64,000 nucleotides of DNA from Cyanophyceae cyanobacterium (lineage in GTDB: Bacteria; Cyanobacteriota; Cyanobacteriia; Cyanobacteriales; JBHJGN01). Positions 19,040 to 28,924 of the stretch are shown here, in pieces. Made by a program: the position numbers and the translations under genes. The first letter of the stretch is position 1. Each line of letters opens with the position of its first letter. The notes beneath the pieces are model-generated. The model made no database searches. It had not been told where the DNA came from and was given only the letters and a program-made list of their open reading frames with translations. The stretch lies in the NCBI GenBank assembly GCA_050331735.1, contig JBHJGN010000066.1, positions 10,624-74,623 of the forward strand. Reading direction: 5' to 3'.

Positions 19040-21118
19040 CTATTTCTGTTTGCGCTCCTTACGAGTGCGCGGTTGGCGGCGGGGAGCCTGGGGAGACTGT
19101 CCGTTTTGAGCTTGCTCACAGCCGTCAGGGCGCTCGTCGAGGGGGGATGCTTCTCCGGAGGCCGCCCGTCTGCCAGAGCGTTGGCTAGTTGAACTTTGAG
19201 GGGCATCACTGGCAATTGTCGGAACCGTAAAGTGAAACTCGCTGCCGCGATCTCTCCCGGCAGATTGCGCCCATATTTCCCCCCCCCAACTATTGACAAT
19301 CTGGCGACAAATTGCTAAGCCTAATCCCGTTCCGCCCGTACTCCGTCGCAAGGCTCCCTCTTCCTGATAAAAGCGGTCAAAAACGCTTTCCAGGCGTTTC
19401 GGTTCGATGCCCCGTCCGGTATCGGAGATGGTAATTTCCAATCTTTGAGGATCGTAGCGGCTGACCTCAACGGTAATTTTGCCATCGGCTTCGGTAAACT
19501 TGCAGGCATTGTCTAAAAGCTTTGCTAATACTTCTACTAGCCACTCTCCATCTGCCTGCACTAAGGGAACGCTTGGGGTCGAAACTTCAATCTGCGGCAG
19601 GGGCTTGCCGAGGTTACGGGCGCGGACGTTGCTGAGAGCAAGTTCAATACATTCATGAAGAGAGAGGGATTCAGAATGCCACTCGACTCGTCCGCTTTCT
19701 AGCTGAGAGAGGGTGAGGAAATCTTGAATGAGCTTGCGCATCCGCTCTGTATCGTTGAGTGCTGTGTTGAGCATCACCTGACGCAAGTCGGGCGACATAT
19801 CCGGTTCGCTCGCGAGGCTTTCTAAACAAATTTGAATCGTGGAAAGAGGAGTGCGGAGTTCGTGACCAACAATCGCGGTTAGATTTGAGCGAGTGCGGTC
19901 CAGCGCTTCAAGTTGCTGATTGAGGTCTTCTAGGTTGGCGTAGGCTTCCGCCTGAATGAGGGCGACACCAATTTGAATCGCGATCGCCTCAACGAGCGCA
20001 ATTTCTTCTGCTGTATACTCGGAGGGAGTGCCGCAGTTGTGCAGCTCAATGACCCCCAACAGGCGATCTTGGTAGAGGACGGGAACCAGGAGCCAAGAGA
20101 TGATGTCAGTGGTCTGGGCTCGGTCTTTGAGCTGAGAAGATGAGGCTCGTAGCCGAGGGTCGCTGCGAGCGTCGGTGATGCTGAGAGATTCTTTATGAGC
20201 AACGAGCTCTTGAAACAGTGGATTATCTTGCAGGGGCCACACCTGATCTTTAAGAGAGCTCACCCCGGTTAGAAATTCATGTTTGATGAGTGTGGTTTCG
20301 TCCGTTTCCTTGCAGCGATAGACTAAACAGCGACACGCGCCTGTAGCAATGCCAAGATGCTCCACCGCGATTTGCAAAATTTCTTCGGGGTCAAGCGATC
20401 GCCGAATAGCCGTGATCACCGAGTTGAGCAACTGTTCTCGCTGCTGTTTGGTCGCTAGGGAACGATTGGCTTTAATCAATTTGTACTGCCCCACCTGGAG
20501 ATAGGTGACTAGCCTCTGCACAAAGGGATCTGGATTATTCGTCGGACTGGTGGTGGTGGCGGGAATGTTCAAGTAAGCTTGAGCTTGCTTGACTTTATCA
20601 GCGAGCTCTGGCCGGTAATGAACAATCCGCTTCAGCAGCTCTGCTGCTGCCTGGTTACTCACCTGACGGTCGAAGGTCCAAATCCCTTCAAAGCGTCGGC
20701 TGTTGTCCATTTCTAGATCGGGAGCTTGCGCAAAGGATGCTGCTCGTTCTTGACAAACCAAGCAGCTACAGTATTGCCGAGCAATCACGACGAGATGCCA
20801 CTCCTGCGCTAGGCTATCGGTTGGTTCAAAGGCAATCGTTTCGTAGTTGTCGGAGCGGTTGCCAAAATCTGTTTCTGGGGCGGCCAGCACGTAGACTTGG
20901 GTCGATTTTTGAGCAATGCGTTGGTATCGATGAGCTTCCTGGCGATAGAAACGCTCTCTTTGAAAGCTAGCGATGATTAAGGGCTGCTCAGAATCGGCGA
21001 GCACCTGATCTTCCATCGCGTGGGAAAGAGCGGTCAAAGAAGATTTGAAAAATAGCTGGGGTCGTAAATGTGGCAAAGCCTGTAATAGCTCTGCTAGTAC
21101 AAAGTCGGAAATGCTCAT
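19040..21118 (-). CDS. hik2: DICT-GAF sensor histidine kinase (Hik2-like)
   Basis: DICT motifs KSSLTALSHAMED, FQRERFYRQE and EWHLVV, a GAF domain, HELRTPLSTIQ, NACKFT and GGTGLGL. Confidence 0.8.
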   Translation of the reverse strand: MSISDFVLAELLQALPHLRPQLFFKSSLTALSHAMEDQVLADSEQPLIIASFQRERFYRQEAHRYQRIAQKSTQVYVLAAPETDFGNRSDNYETIAFEPTDSLAQEWHLVVIARQYCSCLVCQERAASFAQAPDLEMDNSRRFEGIWTFDRQVSNQAAAELLKRIVHYRPELADKVKQAQAYLNIPATTTSPTNNPDPFVQRLVTYLQVGQYKLIKANRSLATKQQREQLLNSVITAIRRSLDPEEILQIAVEHLGIATGACRCLVYRCKETDETTLIKHEFLTGVSSLKDQVWPLQDNPLFQELVAHKESLSITDARSDPRLRASSSQLKDRAQTTDIISWLLVPVLYQDRLLGVIELHNCGTPSEYTAEEIALVEAIAIQIGVALIQAEAYANLEDLNQQLEALDRTRSNLTAIVGHELRTPLSTIQICLESLASEPDMSPDLRQVMLNTALNDTERMRKLIQDFLTLSQLESGRVEWHSESLSLHECIELALSNVRARNLGKPLPQIEVSTPSVPLVQADGEWLVEVLAKLLDNACKFTEADGKITVEVSRYDPQRLEITISDTGRGIEPKRLESVFDRFYQEEGALRRSTGGTGLGLAICRQIVNSWGGEIWAQSAGRDRGSEFHFTVPTIASDAPQSSTSQRSGRRAASGEASPLDERPDGCEQAQNGQSPQAPRRQPRTRKERKQK

Positions 21119-21342
21119 CTCCTGTTGTGCTGCCGTTATCCCATTCTGGAATGCTGTCGCCTCATTTCTCTATCCTACAAAAAAGCGGCTCACTTCTTGA
21201 ACGTTTTTCGGCGATTAGGCAAGCTTGTAACAAATCTTTTCAGCCCCGGAATCAGGTTGGGGTGATCGCTGGTCCCCAGCATCTGCCCTGGAGTCCGTCT
21301 CCCGGCGATGCCTCCGAGCAGCTTCAGAACGCCAACGTGGGA

Positions 21343-22554
21343 TTAAGCGGCAGCTAGCCGCTGTCCCTGCATCTGCTGTAAGTACCAGTGGTGAAACTGC
21401 GCCACCGACTTCTCCATTAGGGGGGAAAGGGGACCGGGCAAATAGGCAGAAGAACAAATCCCGGCATAGTTATGCTCGCAAAGTTGCCAATCTTGCTCGC
21501 TGGTGGCTCTCCAGACCGCCGTCACCTTGTCTACCTGGTAGTCATGGTTGGCCACCGCCGCTTCATGAACCAGGAAAGCAACATCAATCTGAGTCAGTTC
21601 AGGACTGAGGGGAATGACTCGCGTTGTCATCGCGTAGTCGGCATTGGCGTGCGCCCAAAAATTAGGTAACCCAATCAGGCGTAAGCTGCCAACAGTTGGT
21701 TCTTGGAAATCTCCCATTAGTGGAGCCGTCAACCGACCGTCTAAGCTTTCTGTCAAACAACCTTCTTTGAGAGGAAAACGAGAGACGCGAAACCAAGAGC
21801 CATTCGGAAAATTGACCTCCCTTGGAGAAAGCCCCAAGGCTTCCCACTGTCGATAGGAGTCCGCGAGCCGGTAGGTAAAGTCATGGTCATGACGGTCATC
21901 TCCTGGCAACCCCAAATCGTAGTTAGAGAGAGCAAATTCTGGATGTCCTTGGCAGTGGTAGCACTCTCGGTTGTTCTCGATAATCATTTTCCAATTGGCT
22001 TTAATCGTGTAGCGATCGCCGGCAATAATCTTCGCTCGCTCTAGACGGTGGGGGGTGAGTTGCGGGGCGATCGCCGCTTCCGCCGCCGCAAAATCTGGCG
22101 GTACGGCAGCAAGACAGACAAACAGCAACCCCGCGAGTTCGCGTACGTGGGCAGAAGTTAGGCTGTAACAGCTCTTGTCAAAGTCTGCGCCCATGAGTCT
22201 TGCTCCTACTAAGTTACCGTTGGGTCGATAGGTCCACTGGTGGTAAGGGCACACAAACGCTTCGGTCTGTCCACGCTGATTGAAAACAATTTTTGAGCCG
22301 CGATGACGGCAGACATTAAAGTGAGCGTGGAGTTGACCAGCTCGATCTCGAACAACGATGACGGATTCGCTGCCTATATTCACCGTCAAATAGTCACCAG
22401 GGCGAGCCACTTCACAGCTATGTCCGACAAATAACCAGTTTTTGAAAAAGATTTGCCGCAGGTCTTCTTTAAAGACAAACTCATCAACGTAAAAAGCTTG
22501 AGGAAGCGTCATTCCCTGAGTGTAGAGACTGAGGGAGTGAGTAATCGGATTCAT
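21343..22554 (-). CDS. Rieske non-heme iron oxygenase alpha subunit, GbcA/Stc2 (betaine demethylase)-like
   Basis: CRHRG...CPYH Rieske motif, ANWK...ENNRECYHC..HPE, W.AT.EQD. Confidence 0.85.
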   Translation of the reverse strand: MNPITHSLSLYTQGMTLPQAFYVDEFVFKEDLRQIFFKNWLFVGHSCEVARPGDYLTVNIGSESVIVVRDRAGQLHAHFNVCRHRGSKIVFNQRGQTEAFVCPYHQWTYRPNGNLVGARLMGADFDKSCYSLTSAHVRELAGLLFVCLAAVPPDFAAAEAAIAPQLTPHRLERAKIIAGDRYTIKANWKMIIENNRECYHCQGHPEFALSNYDLGLPGDDRHDHDFTYRLADSYRQWEALGLSPREVNFPNGSWFRVSRFPLKEGCLTESLDGRLTAPLMGDFQEPTVGSLRLIGLPNFWAHANADYAMTTRVIPLSPELTQIDVAFLVHEAAVANHDYQVDKVTAVWRATSEQDWQLCEHNYAGICSSAYLPGPLSPLMEKSVAQFHHWYLQQMQGQRLAAA

Positions 22555-22608
22555 AAAAGGAAAGCGCCGACGGCGCAGGGGAAAGGAAGTAATGACTAAG
22601 TTTTTTCC

Positions 22609-23784
22609 TTATAGCCGTAAGGCGGGAACATAACCTGGTTGAGTCAGTGCCGGACGAGCAAAGGTGAATGGGGCAATATCGTATTGTGTTGAACCGTCGA
22701 TGGCTAATTCACTGAGAATGCGTCCGAGTAAGCTGGCAAACTTATAGCCGTGTCCAGCCCCAATGCAGGTAGAAATCTGAGCATGGTGGGGCAAGGTGTC
22801 GAGGATAAAGTCCCTGTCGGGCGGGAGAGTGTACAGGCAGGTTTTGGTGTACAGTTTTGGTCCGACAAAATTGGGAATTCGAGTCCCAAGAAAGTCGTCT
22901 AGCTGCTTTTCTCTAGACCTATTGGGCGTAAAGGTGCGTGTTTGTGGCGTCACCGGATCTCCCGAAGCATCGATGGCGGCTTTTGTCGCCATCTCGCCGT
23001 AAACGGGAAAACCGTAGTAGCTAAAATCGTCTTTCCACTGGAAAATCGGGAAGTTGCCAACGGTGAATGATTTGAGGTGCGGAGTCGCGTAATACGTTAC
23101 CTGTTCCTGGGTAACGGTCAGCGGCAACTGAATGCCAACAGAAGCCAGGAGGGTGTTCGTCCAAGCCCCCGCCGTGAGGACTAGCTTGCGACAGGTAAAC
23201 GTTCCCTGCGCCGTTTTCAAACTGACTCCCTGCTCTCCATCCGGATAAATTCCTAGGACCGGGCATTCTGCGAGTATCGTGGCTCCATATCCACGGGCCA
23301 GGGCCAGGTGCAAAGCATTACCCCGCGACGGATCGACAATGCCAGTTTGCTCCTGATACAGCGCTGCTACCTCTTGCTGTGGCTGAAACTGCGGGAAGCG
23401 ATACCGCAGTTCATCGGTGTTCAGACGCTCGAAGGGAATCTGAGCTCGCGTCATTGCCGTCGCGTAGTCTTCAACGATCTGAAGATACGGGCTTTCTCGC
23501 TCGGCAATTTGTACGCCTCCAGTGCGGGTAACGGGGGAAATCCCGGCTTCCTCTGCTACTGTTTCCCACGCCTGATAGGCGAAGGGCGTGAGGCGAGCGT
23601 ACTTTTCCTGATGGTAAGCAAGGCGGATAATCCGCGAGTAGTCCTGAGAGCTACCGCAATGATGAAACAGGGGAAACTGCTCAATTCCCAGTACCTCGTT
23701 CCCTGCTCGTTTAGCTAGCCAGTAGAGAGCTGCACTGCCAATGCCTCCACAGCCCAGTACAATGCTGTTGTAGTCGGTTTTCAT
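22609..23784 (-). CDS. solA: Monomeric sarcosine oxidase / N-methyl-L-tryptophan oxidase family
   Basis: GCGGIG, GSSQDYSRIIR, TAGAW, KTCLYT (covalent-FAD Cys), GHGYKF. Start set at MKTDY. Confidence 0.85.
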   Translation of the reverse strand: MKTDYNSIVLGCGGIGSAALYWLAKRAGNEVLGIEQFPLFHHCGSSQDYSRIIRLAYHQEKYARLTPFAYQAWETVAEEAGISPVTRTGGVQIAERESPYLQIVEDYATAMTRAQIPFERLNTDELRYRFPQFQPQQEVAALYQEQTGIVDPSRGNALHLALARGYGATILAECPVLGIYPDGEQGVSLKTAQGTFTCRKLVLTAGAWTNTLLASVGIQLPLTVTQEQVTYYATPHLKSFTVGNFPIFQWKDDFSYYGFPVYGEMATKAAIDASGDPVTPQTRTFTPNRSREKQLDDFLGTRIPNFVGPKLYTKTCLYTLPPDRDFILDTLPHHAQISTCIGAGHGYKFASLLGRILSELAIDGSTQYDIAPFTFARPALTQPGYVPALRL

Positions 23785-23904
23785 GAAGCTGAATGTTTCG
23801 ATTTCGCTCGATTGTAAAGAGAGATATCGTGTCATTCAAGATACACAGCAACCGAATTTTGCAGGCAATCATTGTGCTCTGAGCACAAGCGCCGCCAGTC
23901 CCTA

Positions 23905-24008
23905 GCGGGACGGGGAAGGGGGAACGGGGAAAGGGAAAAGGGAAAGGTCTACCGGAATTAGGAACGAGCTGAACAATGTTTTCCTTTTCCCGTCGCTCCG
24001 CGACGGGT
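23905..24008. repeat. Composite intergenic repeat, copy 1 (GGGGAAA arms plus a GTCGCTCCGCGAC hairpin)
   Basis: Shares gcgggacggg, aggaacRaRctgaaYaat and a 17-bp exact match GTCGCTCCGCGACGGGT with 28925-29094. Confidence 0.75.
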
Positions 24009-24063
24009 CTTGATCAAAATCGTTATGACTATGATATAGTTGTAACAGTTCTTAATTAAGTTT

Positions 24064-24226
24064 GACCGACAGAACTTGTCGCTTGTCAAATGAGGAGGGA
24101 AGCTGCCTCGGCTGAATTCAGTGAGACACAAACTCGCAGCTACCGGAGAACGGTAACGGTGTTTTTCCCAGACAACGGGAGCACACCTGAAAGGGGCAGG
24201 ACAGTTTTTAAGCAGCCCTGTCTTTT
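24064..24226 (+). ncRNA. ssrS: Probable 6S RNA; ends approximate
   Basis: Rod-like fold by eye: closing stem (aacttgtcgcttgtc with ggcaggacagtt), purine-rich bubble gaggagggaa, internal stem gctgcc/ggtaac, tcgg/ccgg, gctg/cagc, gtgag/ctcgc, and a 3' central hairpin ttccc/ggga. Resembles cyanobacterial 6S as recalled; needs an Rfam check. Confidence 0.7.
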
Positions 24227-24262
24227 GAACACAGCTTACTAATTACTAAGGAGAGTAACTGC

Positions 24263-24868
24263 ATGACCTATCCAGCAGAAGGATGTTTAAGAGTCGGTCA
24301 GGAAGCTCCTGACTTTACGGCGACGGCTGTTGTCGATCAGGAATTTAAGACGCTTAAGCTGTCGGATTATCGTGGCAAATATGTCGTTCTGTTTTTCTAT
24401 CCTCTAGACTTTACGTTTGTTTGCCCCACCGAGATTACGGCGTTTAGCGATCGCTACCAAGAGTTTACCCAAATTAACACTGAAGTGTTGTCTGTCTCCG
24501 TAGACAGTGAATTTTCTCATCTAGCTTGGATTCAAACAGCGCGCACCGATGGCGGTGTTGGCAACGTTGTTTATCCAATGGTGTCGGATATTAAAAAAGA
24601 AATTAGTACGGCATACAACGTTCTTGACCCAGAAGCCGGAGTCGCTCTGCGTGGTCTATTTCTGATTGATAAAGAGGGCATTATTCAGCACGCGACGATC
24701 AATAATCTCTCCTTTGGTCGCAGCGTTGAAGAAACTCTTCGCACTCTCAAAGCGATTCAATACGTTCAAACTCATCCCGATGAAGTGTGTCCGGCTGAAT
24801 GGGTAGAAGGGGGCAAAACGATGGTTCCCGATCCCCAAAAGTCGAAAGTATACTTCTCAGCGGTTTAA
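24263..24868 (+). CDS. 2-Cys peroxiredoxin (AhpC/Prx1)
   Basis: [24 protein letters not shown] and a C-terminal YF motif. Confidence 0.96.
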   Translation: MTYPAEGCLRVGQEAPDFTATAVVDQEFKTLKLSDYRGKYVVLFFYPLDFTFVCPTEITAFSDRYQEFTQINTEVLSVSVDSEFSHLAWIQTARTDGGVGNVVYPMVSDIKKEISTAYNVLDPEAGVALRGLFLIDKEGIIQHATINNLSFGRSVEETLRTLKAIQYVQTHPDEVCPAEWVEGGKTMVPDPQKSKVYFSAV

Positions 24869-24908
24869 GCTGGATGAGCTAATCTCTTACCTTAAAGAGC
24901 AACTGACC

Positions 24909-24942
24909 AACCCCAACCTTTAAAGATTGGGGTTAATTTTTT
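24909..24942 (+). terminator. Intrinsic terminator after the peroxiredoxin
   Basis: aaccccaa...ttggggtt stem followed by aatttttt. Confidence 0.75.
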
Positions 24943-25443
24943 GAAATTTGCTGAGCCTAATACGAGCGAGGTATCATCTGTTGCGACAGTAGGCAGATTG
25001 AAGCAGTAGCCCACCCCCTCTCAAACTGCTTAAAGAGGCAATTGCCGCTAAACCAGGTTTCATTGGAGGCACTTTTAACAACACAAAATGCCTCAGATGC
25101 TCGAGCAGGCTGCTGAATTTGAGCGAGAACCACTATTGAAATCATCGGTGAGGAATTGAGCAATCGTTTAATCACAAGCTTTAGGTGAAATGACGCTGTT
25201 AGAGTTTACTGCTACATTAATCGGGACGTATCTTCGTACCTTGGGTTTCTGCTTGCTATTGCTGGAGCAATACTCATCGAAAATTTGATGCCGTTGGCTG
25301 ATCTAGAAATATTATTTTGTCAGAACAGCGTCGCACCTGCTCTTATCTGACCAACTACTGCCATAGCCGGTATGCGTCAAAACTTCAGCTCTCTTCATTC
25401 GATAAAGTAGAGAAGTAAGCTTCACCTGAATCATTAAAACAGC

Positions 25444-26625
25444 ATGCAGTATCGGCGTTTTGGTCGCACAGAGTTACAGATGCCCGTTTTCTCTTGTGGT
25501 GGGATGCGATATCAGTACAAGTGGAAAGATGTCCCAGGATGGCAAATTCCAAGGGCGAATCAGCAGAATTTAGAAGCAACAATTCGTCGTTCGTTGGAAG
25601 TTGGCATTAATCATATCGAGACGGCGCGGGGATATGGCACCTCTGAGCTACAGTTGGGGAGAGTGTTGCCCAAGCTGCCGCGAGAGAAGCTAATTGTGCA
25701 AACCAAAGTCGGTCCGAGAGCCGATGTTGACGAGTTCCGCCGGATGTTTCATCAGTCGCTCTCGTTTCTCCAGCTAGAGAGTGTCGATCTCCTAGCCCTT
25801 CACGGCATTAACACCCAAGAACGTCTCGACCAGAGCATCAGACCCGGAGGCTGTATCGATGAAGCCCGCAAGTTTCAGAAACAGGGCAAAGTCCAATTTA
25901 TTGGCTTCTCTACCCACGGTCCCACCGATATTATTGTCAAAGCTATCGAAACCAATCAGTTTGACTACGTCAACCTGCACTGGTACTACATTAACCAAAC
26001 CAACTGGCCAGCGATTGAGGCGGCTACTCGCCACGATATGGGAGTCTTTATTATTAGTCCCTCTGATAAAGGGGGCAAACTCTATAGTCCGCCACCAAAG
26101 CTGGTGGAACTGTGTCAGCCGCTTAGTCCGATGGTTTTTAACGATCTCTTTTGCCTCAGCCATCCCCAGGTGCATACGCTGAGCCTAGGCGCGTCTCACC
26201 CCACAGACTTTGACGAACACCTCAAGGTATTGCCTCTGATAGAGCATGCTGACGAGATCTTACCACCCATTTTGGCGCGACTCGAGCAGGAGGCGATCGC
26301 CTGCTTAGGAGAAGAATGGGTGCGCACCTGGCACGAGGGTTTACCCAACCACGAGGAAACTCCAGGCAACGTTAACATTCCCACTATTTTGTGGCTGAGA
26401 AACTTGGCCATTGCCTACGATATGATAGAGTACGCTCAAGGGCGCTACAACCTCCTCGGCAACGGCGGACACTGGTTTGCTGGGGCGAACGCCGAACGGG
26501 TGCCCGCTCTCGATCTGAGCTCCTGCTTAGCTCAGAGTCCCCACAGCAAAATCATTCCAGATTTACTGCTCGATGCTCATCGTCGTCTTAACGGCCAGTC
26601 TGTCCCGCGTCTTTCCCAAAGCTGA
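25444..26625 (+). CDS. Aldo/keto reductase family protein
   Basis: YRRFGRT, HIETARGYG.SE, VQTK, DLLALHG, IGFSTHG. Confidence 0.9.
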   Translation: MQYRRFGRTELQMPVFSCGGMRYQYKWKDVPGWQIPRANQQNLEATIRRSLEVGINHIETARGYGTSELQLGRVLPKLPREKLIVQTKVGPRADVDEFRRMFHQSLSFLQLESVDLLALHGINTQERLDQSIRPGGCIDEARKFQKQGKVQFIGFSTHGPTDIIVKAIETNQFDYVNLHWYYINQTNWPAIEAATRHDMGVFIISPSDKGGKLYSPPPKLVELCQPLSPMVFNDLFCLSHPQVHTLSLGASHPTDFDEHLKVLPLIEHADEILPPILARLEQEAIACLGEEWVRTWHEGLPNHEETPGNVNIPTILWLRNLAIAYDMIEYAQGRYNLLGNGGHWFAGANAERVPALDLSSCLAQSPHSKIIPDLLLDAHRRLNGQSVPRLSQS

Positions 26626-26722
26626 ATCATCCCAGTGACAAGAGGAAATGTCACTCCGGGCAAGGGGAAAGGGTTGATTTTTGAGTGGTTCTGACCTGAC
26701 TCCTAACTGCTCAAACATACCG

Positions 26723-27625
26723 CTAACTGCCTCCTGAATTCTTTTTTGACTTTTCAAGGGCTTTCTTGACGAGAGCCGGAATTTCAGCCGGTCGTTGGGC
26801 TACGGTAACTTTGGCTTTTTTAAAGGCAGCGAGAGTTTGCTTCGGTTGACTCACCGAGGGGACAGAGTAGGATAAGCCTGTTTTGACGCTGGCTTGAGCG
26901 AACACTGGTTTTTCTGCTGGTGCTTGCAGTCCACACAGATAAACAATTACTGGTTTACTAACGGCATCAGTTAGATACTGAGCCGTCGCTTCTTCAAGAA
27001 TGCCGCCTGCGTAGCCAATTAACACAATGACTTCAGTAGCATCATCCTCATCTAAGTAGCGCAGCCAGTCCTGAAAAGAAGAGCCAACAATACCGTCGTT
27101 CCCAATGCTGACAACAAGCGACTGACCTAAATCTGCCCGGTTTAATTCAAGAGCCACTTCATTGCTGAGAGCGTGGGTGCGACCAATGATGCCAACGCTG
27201 CCAGAACAATAGAAACGAGGAGAATCGATGCCGAGCCACATTTTCTCAGGAACGACAATTCCTCCGCTTCCAGGTCCGACAATCACAGTATCCGTTTCAG
27301 CTTGAGCGAGGAGCTTCACCATATCTAGGGGGGGAACTCCCCGAGTAACAATGATCATCTGTTTAATGTCGGAGGCGATCGCTTCTAAGGCCGCATCGAG
27401 CACGGCATACGCTTCTACAAAGATGAGTGTGGTGTCAATGGCTCCCACTTCAGCCACCGCCTCTTCTACTAAATTGAAGATAGGAATATCGTTAAGAGTT
27501 TGTCCACCCTGTCCGGCAATGACTTCAGCGACAATATTTGTGCCGTAGGCTTTCATCTGAGCCGCATAGCCTGAACCGAGGGAGTTATCGATTCCCTGAA
27601 CAAGTACTTGATTGACAGTCCACAT
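26723..27625 (-). CDS. sucD: Succinate-CoA ligase alpha subunit-like (degenerate)
   Basis: VLVQGI, YGTNIV, VGPGS.G, GQSLVVSIGND.IVGS. The MGHAG phospho-His motif is missing. Confidence 0.8.
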   Translation of the reverse strand: MWTVNQVLVQGIDNSLGSGYAAQMKAYGTNIVAEVIAGQGGQTLNDIPIFNLVEEAVAEVGAIDTTLIFVEAYAVLDAALEAIASDIKQMIIVTRGVPPLDMVKLLAQAETDTVIVGPGSGGIVVPEKMWLGIDSPRFYCSGSVGIIGRTHALSNEVALELNRADLGQSLVVSIGNDGIVGSSFQDWLRYLDEDDATEVIVLIGYAGGILEEATAQYLTDAVSKPVIVYLCGLQAPAEKPVFAQASVKTGLSYSVPSVSQPKQTLAAFKKAKVTVAQRPAEIPALVKKALEKSKKNSGGS

Positions 27626-27639
27626 AAATAGTCGCTGAT

Positions 27640-28887
27640 TTACTTTGATTTGGAGGACACAGCTTTCACGGCTGCTTCTAAACTATCTACCCAGTCTATC
27701 GGCATCTCTGCTAACTGTTCCTTCACGTCATTAAACTCGTTAGTGAGACGGACAACCCATCTTTCAGGATGTTGAGCAGGCTCTTGAGGACGCTGACGAC
27801 GACGAGAGGGGGCTCCCACTGCTCTATTTTCCCGGTCTTGGCCAGCCTTCTGAGCTTGCTGCTTCAGATGCGGCTGCCAATACTCCAAAATTGCCTGGAC
27901 TGTTGCCTGAGCCAGTTCCTCGTTGCCAACAATATTAATCAGTAAAATTTTGCTTTCGACTGCGAGGGCCATTGTCAGCGCCTTTGCCATCTGTTGAGCT
28001 AGCGCAGAAGGCGGCAGAAGAGTTCCCTGCGAGCGGTCTTCAACAATGAGGCACGAAGAGAGTTGACCTTTTTCTCCCGCCACTAAATCCCAAGTAGCGT
28101 GGGCCAAAAGCTCACTATTGCAAATTAGGCCGAGCTCTCCTGGCTGGTCTAAATCTGCCAGCCAGTGCAGCCCGGGCAGACGACATACGGGAAGAGAAAA
28201 GCTATTTTCTAAGGACATAGCCGAGTTTTGGAACGCCGCGAGGGCGAGTAAATCTACATGACGGTCGATGGCGTTGTCATTGGCTGAAATTTTGCCGTCT
28301 AACGCCATGACTTCCCCATTGGCTTCGACTCCTAAAGGATTAATTTCGATCGCATCTAAATCTTTTTCAATAAACAAACGGTACATCTTCTCGATAATGG
28401 TGCTCGTCGTCTCGATCAGTCGACCCTCAAGCCCCATCGCGATTGCTAGCCGACGAGCGTAGAAAGGAGAAAATTCGCCTGCTATCGTGACCTTGTGTAA
28501 ATGATCGAGCAGCGCGTCCGCATTCATCCCGCCATTCGCCGAGCCAATGAGCACAGGTTGCTGGAGTTGATAATCGAGAACAACCGCTAAAAATACCTCC
28601 TGTTCAGTGTTGTAGCGAGCTTCCGCTAATAGGACTTGCGGATATTCTCCGGAAATGGGCAGATTAAAAATAGCTCGCGCCGCCGCGATCGCATCAATTG
28701 TATTTTCAACGAACCGGATGCCTCCTGCGATTCCCCGTCCTCCTGAGCGGACCTGGGACTTCAGCACCACAGGATAGGCAATTTGCAAATCCTTGAGTTC
28801 CCGAGAATCAGCAACCGTTTGTGAGGGAAGAGTCGGAATCCCGACCTCTTTAAAGAGCTGTTTTGCCTGATATTCAAGTAGTTCCAT
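27640..28887 (-). CDS. sucC: Succinate-CoA ligase beta subunit-like (ATP-grasp)
   Basis: MELLEYQAKQLF, VLKSQVRSGGRG.AGGI, EINPL, ALDGK. The C-terminal ligase domain is divergent. Confidence 0.85.
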   Translation of the reverse strand: MELLEYQAKQLFKEVGIPTLPSQTVADSRELKDLQIAYPVVLKSQVRSGGRGIAGGIRFVENTIDAIAAARAIFNLPISGEYPQVLLAEARYNTEQEVFLAVVLDYQLQQPVLIGSANGGMNADALLDHLHKVTIAGEFSPFYARRLAIAMGLEGRLIETTSTIIEKMYRLFIEKDLDAIEINPLGVEANGEVMALDGKISANDNAIDRHVDLLALAAFQNSAMSLENSFSLPVCRLPGLHWLADLDQPGELGLICNSELLAHATWDLVAGEKGQLSSCLIVEDRSQGTLLPPSALAQQMAKALTMALAVESKILLINIVGNEELAQATVQAILEYWQPHLKQQAQKAGQDRENRAVGAPSRRRQRPQEPAQHPERWVVRLTNEFNDVKEQLAEMPIDWVDSLEAAVKAVSSKSK

Positions 28888-28924
28888 AGAACGCGCACCA
28901 TCGATGAGTAACAAACATATTTCT

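Noticed and set aside
24957-25175. Small ORFs 24957-25175, 36987-37193, 40751-40939 and 49204-49416
   Set aside because: No recognisable motifs and mostly non-ATG starts. They may be remnants but cannot be supported as genes.
25187-25338. Imperfect inverted repeats (gacgctgtt / aacagcgtc) as MITE ends or attC
   Set aside because: Only 9 bp are perfect, no target-site duplication or second copy was seen, and the geometry does not fit attC.
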